This document shows, piece by piece, positions 51,923-61,258 of a stretch of 64,000 nucleotides of DNA. Each line of letters opens with the position of its first letter. Within the stretch, counting starts at the first letter, position 1. The stretch comes from an uncultured Acidobacteriota bacterium. GTDB taxonomy: Bacteria > Acidobacteriota > UBA6911. The stretch lies in the NCBI GenBank assembly GCA_963809485.1, contig CAWEJX010000006.1, positions 32,001 through 96,000 of the forward strand, read 5' to 3'. The notes below the pieces were generated by a model that saw only the letters and a program-made list of their open reading frames with translations, did not search any database and was not told where the DNA came from. The position numbers and the translations under genes were made by a program.

Positions 51923-53512
51923 CTATTTCCTCCGGCGGTTCCAGACGACGGCGATTCCTGCTATGAGAGCGATGCCGGGCAGCAGAAACATGCAGATCAG
52001 GCGCAGCATCGCCAGCTGGCTTTGAGACAAAAGTATCCGGCGGTCTTGCGTGGATTTTGGCCGGATCGAGATCAGGTCCTCGTCCTGGGCCAGCCAACTG
52101 ACCATGTTCAGGAACAGGTTGCCGTTGCCCTGTTCGCCGAAGTACGCATTGACGGGGAAAGAGGATGTTCCCGCCACTACCATCCGGGACCGTGTGGCGG
52201 AGGTTTTGTCCGAGGCCGGTTTGATTTCTCTGGTGACCGCCACGGCGAGCGAAAGAGGTCCCTTCGTATCTTTGGCTGCGTTGAAGGAGGCTTCACCGCT
52301 TTCGAGGTTCGTCTCGCCCCAGCTGTCGGGATTGCTCTTGAACAAAGTCTCTACGGTTGTGCCGGACGCGATAGTCTTTGCGGGCTGAACAGATCGCGTG
52401 TACGGGAAAAACGTCATCGCCTTGAATTTGTCGGTGATCTTGTGATTCTCGTAGTTGAGAACCAGCGGAATGCTCGGGCCGGCTCCCATGAGACGGCCGG
52501 CGCCGCTGACGTCGAGGACAATGTTGTTGTCAATCTGCACTCCCCAGCTTTGGACGAACGACTGGAGCGATGGGGCAGGGGGAGGATCCGCAAGCAGAAG
52601 CAATCCGCCGGAACCTTTGTTCAGGAACTCGCCGATGAAGCGGAGTTCTTCAGGGAAAGGCTCCGTTTGGGGTCCTGCCAGGATAAGGACTTTTGCGTCC
52701 GCCGGAACCTTGCCCTCGCTGGCAAGGTTCACGCTCTCAACTTTGTATCCCTGGTTTTCCAGGTTTTTCCTGGCGTCCGAATAGCCCGCACGTTCGGTAT
52801 CGGAGGGATCCTTTTCTCCGTGACCCTGCACAAAATAGATCTTCTTGGCTTCAGACCTTCCGGCTTTGATGATGGCGTTGGTCAGATCCTCTTCGGTAAC
52901 TTCCTCCGAACGCTTTTCTATCTTTTCCCTGCGGTCGCCCTGAGTCACGACCACAGACCCGAATTTCAGCTGGCTGTTGGTAAAGGGATTCTGAAAGGTG
53001 CCGTAAACCGTGACATCGTATCGCTTGGCGACATCCGGCTGTCTGTCGGGATCGACGAATTCATACCGAATGTGGGGACTGGCTGCCCTATACTCGACAA
53101 GCAATTCCTTGAGAGGAGCGTAATCTCCGCCCGGGAAGAATGCCTTGATTTCGACATCCCGGTTCAGGTTCCCGAGTATTTGTGTCGTTTGCGGAGCCAG
53201 GGTGTACTGGCCGACTCCGGTTGTATCAAACCGTTTGGGATGCCTGTTGCCCAGGTAGTTCAGGCCCGAAACCACCGCAATAACAAGAATCAGAGAGATC
53301 ACGTAATTGCTGGCATACTTGGTGGATCGCTTCCCCAGAGATGCCAGGATCTGCCTGTAATTGGCGGCGACGCCGACGACGACCAGCACCGCACCGGCGA
53401 TCGCGAGGCCCAGATTCCATTTGTCCCAGATATTCGTTACCGAATACCAGATCACCGCGGCTACCAGGAGCAGCAGGCCTATAGTGTCAAGCTTCTGTAG
53501 ATATTTTTTCAT
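51923..53512 (-). CDS. GldG-family ABC-type uncharacterized transport component
   Basis: RFDTT...YTL, FVDPD, YFVQGHGE, GNGNLFLNMVSWL. Confidence 0.85.
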   Translation of the reverse strand: MKKYLQKLDTIGLLLLVAAVIWYSVTNIWDKWNLGLAIAGAVLVVVGVAANYRQILASLGKRSTKYASNYVISLILVIAVVSGLNYLGNRHPKRFDTTGVGQYTLAPQTTQILGNLNRDVEIKAFFPGGDYAPLKELLVEYRAASPHIRYEFVDPDRQPDVAKRYDVTVYGTFQNPFTNSQLKFGSVVVTQGDRREKIEKRSEEVTEEDLTNAIIKAGRSEAKKIYFVQGHGEKDPSDTERAGYSDARKNLENQGYKVESVNLASEGKVPADAKVLILAGPQTEPFPEELRFIGEFLNKGSGGLLLLADPPPAPSLQSFVQSWGVQIDNNIVLDVSGAGRLMGAGPSIPLVLNYENHKITDKFKAMTFFPYTRSVQPAKTIASGTTVETLFKSNPDSWGETNLESGEASFNAAKDTKGPLSLAVAVTREIKPASDKTSATRSRMVVAGTSSFPVNAYFGEQGNGNLFLNMVSWLAQDEDLISIRPKSTQDRRILLSQSQLAMLRLICMFLLPGIALIAGIAVVWNRRRK

Positions 53513-54282
53513 TAGCCTTTCCACCGCATGGACTCAAGAGAGCGATATGTAAGAAAAAGCCCGACAAAAGCAAACGTCACATAGTAGATGACGTGCGAGG
53601 TGTCTATGACGCCTTTGATGAAATCCTCGAGATGGCCGATTACGGACAGATAGCTTATTACATTCTTGGCCACGCCCACGGTTGAGCCCGACAACGATTC
53701 GATCAGCCAGAGAACAAGGCTCACGCCGAAGGTAATTACCACGGCTACAATCTGGTTTTCCGTGAGGGTTGAAATGAAAAGCCCTATGGCCAGAAGCGCC
53801 GCGCCGTAAAGATACATCCCAAGGTAGCCCGAAAGAATCGGTTTCCAGTCCGGCTGGCCGTAAATGAAAAGCGGGGAGATGGTGATCGCGCTGGCCACGA
53901 ACAGGATCAAAAGGAAAGTCAGGCTGGCGAGGTATTTTCCCAGCAGGGCCTGCAGGTTGCCAACCGGCGTTGTGAGCAGAAGCTCAATGGTTCCGCGTTT
54001 CCTTTCTTCCGAGAAAAGCCCCATGCTCAGCATGGGCACGATGAAAAGCAGGACGACGCTGGTTGTCTGAAACAGAGCCCGGGTCACGATTCCGGGGACA
54101 TCGTATGCCTGTGAACCCTGGCCAAACTGAGACTGCGTCATGATGGCCTGGACAACCGAAGAGAGAATTGAGAAGAAAAAGAAACCGGAGAGGAAGAGAA
54201 AAACGGTCAACACGACATAAGCAATCGGCGAGGCGAAATAGCTCTTCATTTCACGCTGCCAGATCGCCAGTATATTTTGCAT
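53512..54282 (-). CDS. ABC-2 permease (GldF-like)
   Basis: YFASPIAY, EERKRGTIELLLT, GKYLA, TENQIVA. Confidence 0.88.
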   Translation of the reverse strand: MQNILAIWQREMKSYFASPIAYVVLTVFLFLSGFFFFSILSSVVQAIMTQSQFGQGSQAYDVPGIVTRALFQTTSVVLLFIVPMLSMGLFSEERKRGTIELLLTTPVGNLQALLGKYLASLTFLLILFVASAITISPLFIYGQPDWKPILSGYLGMYLYGAALLAIGLFISTLTENQIVAVVITFGVSLVLWLIESLSGSTVGVAKNVISYLSVIGHLEDFIKGVIDTSHVIYYVTFAFVGLFLTYRSLESMRWKG

Positions 54283-54568
54283 ATCGGGCCTCTATAGCAT
54301 TTATTCGGATCGTTGCACGTATTCTTCCGGATCCCCGCATGAGCTGCGAGAAGCCGCAGGCCAGGAGCAGGAGGCAGAAGCCTTCATGAACTCATGTTCC
54401 ACGCGGTCTGGATGCATAAACCTTCGCACGGATTGCAGCCTGGGGGGAACTGGCCCGCGCAGCACACCGGCTTCCGGCTCCCCATTTCTGGATCCATCGG
54501 CGCTTATTCCTCATGAGGAAACACGCATCCGCCGCTCAAGCTTCATCCGGTCAACCAATCGTTGTCAA

Positions 54569-55510
54569 TTACTCCTGGGTAATCAGGTTGATAAAAACAT
54601 CTTCCAGGCTCAGCGAGACACCGCGCAATTCGAGCAATCCCCATCCCTGGTTGATCACGGCCGCCGCCAGCACACCGCGAAGATCACTGTTTAAGCGGCA
54701 TTCAACGTTGAACTGGGAGGAGCTGCCCTGAGTTCCCGCCGACGCCTGTACGCTCAGCACTCCGTCTATGGTTAGAAATTTGTCACGGACCGCTTCCATC
54801 GGGCCGTCGACCGTCAAGGATATTCTCTCGGCCCCTTTCATCTGATGAGCCAGGCCTTCGGGCGTATCCATGGCCACAACTTTGCCTTTGTTGATGATGA
54901 CGACGCGATTGCAGGTCATACTCACTTCGGGCAGGATGTGCGTTGAAAGTATCACCGTATGAGCGGCGCCGAGGCTTTTGATCAATGACCGGACCTCGTG
55001 GATCTGTTTCGGGTCCAGACCGAGCGTGGGTTCGTCAAGAATCAGGACTTCGGGATTATTCAGCAGAGCCTGGGCCAGGCCGACACGCTGCTTATAGCCT
55101 TTCGAAAGTCTGCCTATGATTCGCTTGCGAACATCACCCAGGTTGCATTGGCCGATCGCTTCATCCACCTGATGCTTGCGCTGGCTGGAACGAGTTCCCT
55201 TTATCTTGGCCACGAAGTTCAGGTAGCCGTCTACGGTCATCTCGGTATACAAAGGCGGATTTTCCGGCAGATAACCAATGCGCTTGCGAACCTCTATGCT
55301 TTCATCGAATACATCGTATCCGGCAACCCTTGCCGTTCCCTCAGTCGAGGGCATATAGCAGGTCAGGATGCGCATGGTGGTGGTTTTCCCGGCTCCATTC
55401 GGGCCCAGAAATCCAAGAATTTCGCCCCTTTCCACCTTGAACGAGATATCATCCACTGCCTTGCGGCCACTGTAAGCCTTGCTGACATGTTCTACTTCGA
55501 TCACGCTCAT
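54569..55510 (-). CDS. ABC transporter ATP-binding protein (GldA-like)
   Basis: GPNGAGKTT, LSKGYKQR, LDEPT, STHIL. Confidence 0.92.
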   Translation of the reverse strand: MSVIEVEHVSKAYSGRKAVDDISFKVERGEILGFLGPNGAGKTTTMRILTCYMPSTEGTARVAGYDVFDESIEVRKRIGYLPENPPLYTEMTVDGYLNFVAKIKGTRSSQRKHQVDEAIGQCNLGDVRKRIIGRLSKGYKQRVGLAQALLNNPEVLILDEPTLGLDPKQIHEVRSLIKSLGAAHTVILSTHILPEVSMTCNRVVIINKGKVVAMDTPEGLAHQMKGAERISLTVDGPMEAVRDKFLTIDGVLSVQASAGTQGSSSQFNVECRLNSDLRGVLAAAVINQGWGLLELRGVSLSLEDVFINLITQE

Positions 55511-55597
55511 TCCTCCCGGAGACGGCTTGGCGAATATGGATTTTTAAAGGTTTCCATAATAGTTAAATCCAGAGGATGAGTCAATTGGCCCGATTCG

Positions 55598-55997
55598 ATT
55601 ACATTGGTAAATCCCCGGCTTTGCCGGAGGACTCAAAGAGATTGACAACTCCGTATTTTGAAACGCTGAGATACGCTGATAAAAGCGCTGACAAACGCCG
55701 ATTTGTTCGGCGTGGGTCGGCGAGCAAAAGCCGATGAGGCGCTTCCGATGGAGTTTTCTGCGGCGGCACTGTGGCAAACGCCCGGTTTCTCATACCCTTC
55801 ATCTGCTTGCCGCACGGCGCTTGCCACAGTGCCGCCGCAGAAAACTGTCCAGCGCGGAGCGCTGGCCCCTGCGGGGATCGGAAGCGCCTCATCGGTTTTT
55901 GCCCGCGTAAGTCAGCGTTCAAGACCGGCGTAACTGGTCCAACCGCTTTGAGCGGTTCAAATCTTTCAAGCCTCCGGCTTTGCCGGAGGTACCTGAT
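55598..55997 (+). mobile_element. Same IS200/IS605-like non-autonomous element, longest copy (5), with a long internal hairpin
   Basis: Both ends present; internal inverted repeats 55724-55749/55877-55902 and 55753-55777/55821-55845. Confidence 0.8.
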
Positions 55998-56552
55998 TGA
56001 AATTCTCCCCCTCAGCACCGCCCCTGTTTTTCAACGGATTTTCAGCCCAGGCGCATATCCGGGCGTCTCCGTTCAGGCCGCAGGTTGCGGGTTACCCGGG
56101 GCTTGCGATAAGATCCGTGGCCTTCAATCAGGAGCCCGTGTGCCCACCTGAGCCTTTGCAGCAGGAAAGCCGTAAGAAATAACGGCTAATACCCTGAAAG
56201 CGCCGGAGCAATTCATACGAAAAACTTAGAAACCAGTTGCGAAAAATGGCCTTCGATGTTATAAATAAAATCGGAACGAAATAGGTTCTCTTCCGTATTA
56301 ATCGGGCGTTAACGGGCGGTTCAAGATGTTCCAACCAAATACACGAGGTGATCAATTTGAATCTACAAAAAATCATCCCGCCCGCTGAAACTATTCGCTG
56401 GCTTCGACTATCTAAATATAGGATGGAAACATCCTAGCATATGGAGAGGTCGGAATCGAAGGCACTGAGCGCCCTTAAGTCATTACAATAGAAGGCTTTG
56501 TTTAGAAAAAGGGAGTTTTCCGATAGAATCTCCTTAAAGGATAATACTAACC

Positions 56553-58154
56553 ATGATCGAGCTAGAACAAGAAGAATATCTGGAGGAAACCGAATACGAC
56601 TCCATAAATTTGGATGAAGATGATTCGGCGAATTCAGATGCGTTTCCAGGTCTGACGCGGGCTAATTATGTGGATAGAGTGCGGTTTACCCGCGTCCCCA
56701 ACGAAGACAGGACGGTGGCCAAAGGGGAGGAATCCACAGCTTCGGGAGATCCTCTTTACATCTATTACAGAAGCATGAGCAAGATACCTCTGCTGACGCG
56801 CGAAGAGGAAGTGTATCTGGCCAAAAAAATTGAGTCGGCAAAACTCAATACGCTCAGACTTCTGTCGCTGACAACAATTAACTCATTTAAAATCATGGAA
56901 ATATCGGATGAGCTCCAGCCTGTAGGAGTGCCCGCCGCCATACCGCAGTTTGGTGTTGAGGAAAAGAGGGACGCGGAAAGCGATGTTTCCCTGGAGGAGC
57001 GTACTCGGATGCGCCTCCGGAAGATTCGGCGGATTGTAAATCGTCTTGAGAAACTGGAGGCCAAATACCGGACGGCCAAAGGGAGCCTCCGGCGCGGCAA
57101 GTCCCAAAACGGGCATTCATGCAAGGATTTCAACAAAATCAAAAGCAACAGAGAGGCAATTTTCCTGTCCCTGAAGAGAATTGATTTTTCCGAAAGCCAG
57201 ATAGGGGTCCTGATCGGCAGCGTTGAAGAAGTTTTGCACAAGATGGAGGAAGCGCAGGCGGCGATCAAGCGCATGTCCGGTCGTCAGGATTCAAACAGCA
57301 AGGCGCTGAAGGAAGCAAAAATCCGGCACAACGAGCTGGAAGGACAGTATCTTACCAACGTCGAGGAACTGCGCAAGATTCTGGCGCTCATCAGTGAGAA
57401 CAAGATGGAAATGCTTCATGCCAAGGACCAGTTTGTACGTTCCAACCTGCGCCTGGTTCTGAGCATAGCGAAAAACTATTCCTATCCGGGGCTGGATCTC
57501 CTTGATCTTGTGCAGGAAGGCAACATCGGCCTCATGAAGGCCGTCGATAAATTTAACTACAGGCTCGGCCACAAATTTTCGACCTATGCGACCTGGTGGA
57601 TCCGGCAAAGCATTACCCGGGCGATCGCGGATCAGGGAAGGACCATAAGAATTCCCGTTCATATGGTGGAAGCTATGAACCGTGTCCTCAAGGTCGCCAA
57701 CGAGCTGACCAAGCGGATGGGCCGGGAACCGTCAGTTCATGAGTTGGCCAAGGAATTGAAAACGCCTGTCTCCAAAGTCACTCAGATTCTTAAAGCCGCT
57801 CAGGAACCGATTTCGCTTGAAGCCAGCATCGCGGACAACAAGGATGCCGTGCTCAATAAGTTCATCGAGGACAAAAACGCGATATCGCCCGATGAAGATG
57901 TGATGAAGCACAATCTTCGGGATGTGACCAATTCCGCGCTGCAGTCGCTGTCTCCGCGGGAACAGGAAATCGTGCGCATGCGCTACGGTTTGAACGAAAA
58001 CGGGAAGGAATACACGCTCCAGGAAGTGGGTGAGATATTTCAGGTAACCAGGGAGCGTATCCGTCAAATCGAGGAAAAAGCTCTTCTCAAACTCCGCAGC
58101 CCATACCGCTCCAACAGACTGCGCGAGTTTGCTGATTTCGTCAGCAAAAACTAG
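56553..58154 (+). CDS. RpoD-like sigma-70 factor (probable paralogue)
   Basis: Region 1.2 DPLYIYY...LLTREEE; SNLRLVLSIAK; FSTYATWWIRQ; RTIRIPVHM; TRERIRQIE. Confidence 0.9.
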   Translation: MIELEQEEYLEETEYDSINLDEDDSANSDAFPGLTRANYVDRVRFTRVPNEDRTVAKGEESTASGDPLYIYYRSMSKIPLLTREEEVYLAKKIESAKLNTLRLLSLTTINSFKIMEISDELQPVGVPAAIPQFGVEEKRDAESDVSLEERTRMRLRKIRRIVNRLEKLEAKYRTAKGSLRRGKSQNGHSCKDFNKIKSNREAIFLSLKRIDFSESQIGVLIGSVEEVLHKMEEAQAAIKRMSGRQDSNSKALKEAKIRHNELEGQYLTNVEELRKILALISENKMEMLHAKDQFVRSNLRLVLSIAKNYSYPGLDLLDLVQEGNIGLMKAVDKFNYRLGHKFSTYATWWIRQSITRAIADQGRTIRIPVHMVEAMNRVLKVANELTKRMGREPSVHELAKELKTPVSKVTQILKAAQEPISLEASIADNKDAVLNKFIEDKNAISPDEDVMKHNLRDVTNSALQSLSPREQEIVRMRYGLNENGKEYTLQEVGEIFQVTRERIRQIEEKALLKLRSPYRSNRLREFADFVSKN

Positions 58155-58161
58155 GCAAAAT

Positions 58162-58190
58162 CCCGCGGCAGTCAAATCCCTGCCGCGGGT
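58162..58190. terminator. Hairpin between the convergent sigma factor and HU genes
   Basis: CCCGCGGCAG...CTGCCGCGGG perfect 10-bp stem. Confidence 0.65.
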
Positions 58191-58193
58191 ATC

Positions 58194-58466
58194 CTACCGT
58201 ACAGCCTTCTTCAAATCACTTCCGGGAGTAAATTTGGGAACTTTATGAGCGGGAATCTTGATCGGCATCCCGGTCTGAGGATTCCTTCCCATTCGAGGTT
58301 TTCGCTTCACAATTGAAAAAGTGCCGAAACCCACGATCACTACTTTCTGGCTCTTTTTCAGCGAAGCATGGATGCCCCCAATCAGAGAATTGAAGGCAGC
58401 CTCTGCCTGCGCTTTAGTAAGGCCGGCATCTTTTGCTATTCTTCCCACCAGATCACCCTTGTTCAA
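58194..58466 (-). CDS. hup: DNA-binding protein HU
   Basis: MNKGDLV, GFGTF, GRNPQTG, PKFTPG. Confidence 0.93.
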   Translation of the reverse strand: MNKGDLVGRIAKDAGLTKAQAEAAFNSLIGGIHASLKKSQKVVIVGFGTFSIVKRKPRMGRNPQTGMPIKIPAHKVPKFTPGSDLKKAVR

Positions 58467-58566
58467 AGAGCCCCCCCTTTCTGCGCCACTTTTATCGGAT
58501 TTTTTAGGAAACGGCCGAGTAATAGCACCCTGATGTTATGGGAGTCAAGTGAAATCCTTGTAACTA

Positions 58567-58861
58567 GTTTCTGTCGCGAAACCGGTTTGTGCCGCGTAGC
58601 GGCACTATGATTTTAGCCCGGCCTTTCAAGGCCGGGAACCATGGTACAGCGAGCAGCGCGTCGCGTAGCGACGGCTGAATTCAGCCGTCGCTACCGACGA
58701 AAACTTAACTGCTTTCGATCCAGGCCTTAAAAGGCCTGGCTAAATTCAGCTGGCCGCTACGCGGCCTGACTCCAATTATCGGCTTCTATGTAATATCAAA
58801 TATCCTATTGACGGTTGAAAAATTTGGCTTTTTCACAAAACCCGAGTTTCGCGACAGAAAC
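58567..58861. mobile_element. MITE with terminal inverted repeats and a 6-bp target duplication, containing a REP-like palindrome cluster
   Basis: TIR GTTTCTGTCGCGAAAC / GTTTCGCGACAGAAAC flanked on both sides by TAACTA; internal nested palindromes at 58591-58765. Confidence 0.75.
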
Positions 58862-58991
58862 TAACTAGCGATGGGGACTTCATGCGCGGGATCCCCGCCA
58901 TTTTTACCCCGGGCGCGGGACTGTTCATGGGGGGCTCGTCCTGCTATTCTAAATTGCCTGAAGGAGGTCGCCTCGCAGGCCAGGAGAGTCC

Positions 58992-61160
58992 ATGCCCAAG
59001 AAACCGCTCTGTGTAGCATTCCTCTGGCATATGCATCAGCCGGATTACCAAGATCCCCGCTCCCGCGAACTGTTGCTTCCGTGGACAAGGTTTCATGCGG
59101 TCAAAGACTACTATGACATGGGCGCCCTGATTGAGCGGGAACCTCAGCTCCACGCAACCATCAACGTCGTGCCGTCGCTTGCGGAACAACTCGTGTCCTA
59201 TGGGGCCGGAACGGCTCGTGAGAGTTATGCCGATATCACGCTCCGGGATGCCTCTGAATTGAATGAGCACGAGAAATCCTTTTTGCTGCGCAAATTTTTT
59301 CAGTTGTCGCCGAAGCAGATGGTAGCGCCCTATCGCCGGTACCAGGAACTCCTGGACCGGCGGGGCCGCCCGGATCCATATGGGATTTACTCCACTGCGC
59401 TTCGACTCTATGGCGCGCAGGACTACCGCGACCTCCAGATGTGGTACAACCTTGCCTGGTGCGGGCAGGAACTGAGGCGGCATCCGGAAATTGCGGCCTT
59501 CCTGGCGCAGGGCAGAGGCTTCACGGAATCCGACAAAAAACGGCTTCTTGAGATCCAATACTCGTTTGCGGGGCGTATCCTTCCTTTTTACCGGAAACTT
59601 TGCGAATCGGGAAAGGTTGAACTCTCGGTTTCGCCTTACTTCCACCCGATACTCCCGCTGCTGTGCGATTCGCGCAGCGCGAGGGAATCCTTGCCCTCGC
59701 TCCCCCTTCCATCAAATCCTTTTGCATTCCCGGAGGACGCGAGGCAGCACATAAGCCGGGCGCTGCGGATTCATGCCCAATTCTTCGGCAGCGCCGCGCG
59801 CGGCATGTGGCCGTCCGAGGGTGCCGTCAGTGATGCGGTGCTTGCCCTGGCGCAGGAGCAAGGGGTGGAATGGCTGGCCTCGGATGAGATTGTGCTTTGG
59901 AATTCGCTTTTCAAAGGAGGCTATACGGCTGCTTTCCTGCCTCCAGACAGGAAATATTGCGCGTACCGATGGGGACAGGACGGTCCCTGCATTTTCTTCC
60001 GCGATCATGCGCTTTCGGACCTTTTCGGATTCTCCTATTGCCAGTGGAATGCTGCAGACGCCGCCGCCGACTTTCTACGCCGTCTTAATGCAATCCATCA
60101 AAGCCTGCCGGACGACGGGAGGCACTATGTCGTTCCCATAATTCTGGACGGTGAAAATGCATGGGAGCACTATCCCCATAATGCCTCCGACTTTCTGAGC
60201 CTCCTCTATCTCAGGCTATCGGAATCCGAAAGCCTGCGAACCGTGACATTTTCCGAATTCCTGGAACTCGAATCGCATCGGGAAGTTATAAAGTCGGTCA
60301 TGCCGGGCAGCTGGATCTATGGGAATCTTGCCACCTGGATCGGCCATCCGGAAAAAAACAGGGCCTGGGAAGAACTGACTGCCGCCCGCAGCTTATGGAA
60401 TTCGTTCCAGATGCGCGGCGATGCTGTGGCTGCCGCGGACGCAGCCTTCCGGGAAATCATGATCGCGGAAGGTAGCGATTGGTACTGGTGGTACGGCGAC
60501 GACCATCAGACGGAAAATGCCGCGGAATTTGACGCCCTGTTTCGCAGCCACCTGAAGAATGTTTACACCCTCCTCGGAGAAACCCCGCCGGTCAGGCTGG
60601 ATGAAGCAATCAAAAAGGTCGGGGCCCGCCCGAGCCATCAAAATCCGATGCACACGATTACGCCTAAACTCGATGGAAAAGTGACCGATTACTTTGAATG
60701 GCTGTCTGCAGGATTCACGGTACCGGGTGGAGGCGACTCCATGCATCGCACCGACAGGTTCCTGGACAAGGTGTTCTTCGGATTTGACCTGCAGTGCTTC
60801 TATTTTCGAATCGATCCGGTATCGGAAAAGATTGCGGATTTTTCGCCGGCCAGCTCCATCGAGGTGCAATTTGCATCCCCCGAAGAATGCCGCTTGGTCC
60901 TGGAATACACGGGGAGAAATTCCTGGAGCTGCAGGACGATTCAGTGGCCTCTGCCCGATCGGCAACCACGTTTCGCCGGAAACAAAATCCTGGAACTGGG
61001 GATTCCGCTCGAAGTTTTGGGCGTGAGCGAGCCTGTCGAGGTCGCATTCCTCATCCGCGTGCTGGATAATGGCCGGGAGGTGGAACGATTCCCCGCCTAC
61101 GGATTTTTATCCGTGCATACGGATCCATGGAGTTTGAATGAGCAGCAATGGATTGTTTGA
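58992..61160 (+). CDS. Glycoside hydrolase family 57 (amylopullulanase-like)
   Basis: WHMHQP, PYFHPILPL, GMWPSEG, LDGENAW, AEGSDWYWW. Confidence 0.93.
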   Translation: MPKKPLCVAFLWHMHQPDYQDPRSRELLLPWTRFHAVKDYYDMGALIEREPQLHATINVVPSLAEQLVSYGAGTARESYADITLRDASELNEHEKSFLLRKFFQLSPKQMVAPYRRYQELLDRRGRPDPYGIYSTALRLYGAQDYRDLQMWYNLAWCGQELRRHPEIAAFLAQGRGFTESDKKRLLEIQYSFAGRILPFYRKLCESGKVELSVSPYFHPILPLLCDSRSARESLPSLPLPSNPFAFPEDARQHISRALRIHAQFFGSAARGMWPSEGAVSDAVLALAQEQGVEWLASDEIVLWNSLFKGGYTAAFLPPDRKYCAYRWGQDGPCIFFRDHALSDLFGFSYCQWNAADAAADFLRRLNAIHQSLPDDGRHYVVPIILDGENAWEHYPHNASDFLSLLYLRLSESESLRTVTFSEFLELESHREVIKSVMPGSWIYGNLATWIGHPEKNRAWEELTAARSLWNSFQMRGDAVAAADAAFREIMIAEGSDWYWWYGDDHQTENAAEFDALFRSHLKNVYTLLGETPPVRLDEAIKKVGARPSHQNPMHTITPKLDGKVTDYFEWLSAGFTVPGGGDSMHRTDRFLDKVFFGFDLQCFYFRIDPVSEKIADFSPASSIEVQFASPEECRLVLEYTGRNSWSCRTIQWPLPDRQPRFAGNKILELGIPLEVLGVSEPVEVAFLIRVLDNGREVERFPAYGFLSVHTDPWSLNEQQWIV

Positions 61161-61258
61161 CGGATGATGGGATTCTCTTTGGGGCAGTTTCTGGGAGTGG
61201 GGCTCCTGCAAAACCGGCATGAAGAGCTGTTTCGAATTCCAGACAGGGAGGTAGTGCG

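Noticed and set aside
54283-54568. Possible decayed gene in the 285-nt gap between the ABC ATPase and permease
   Set aside because: No convincing motif or repeat structure could be supported by eye.
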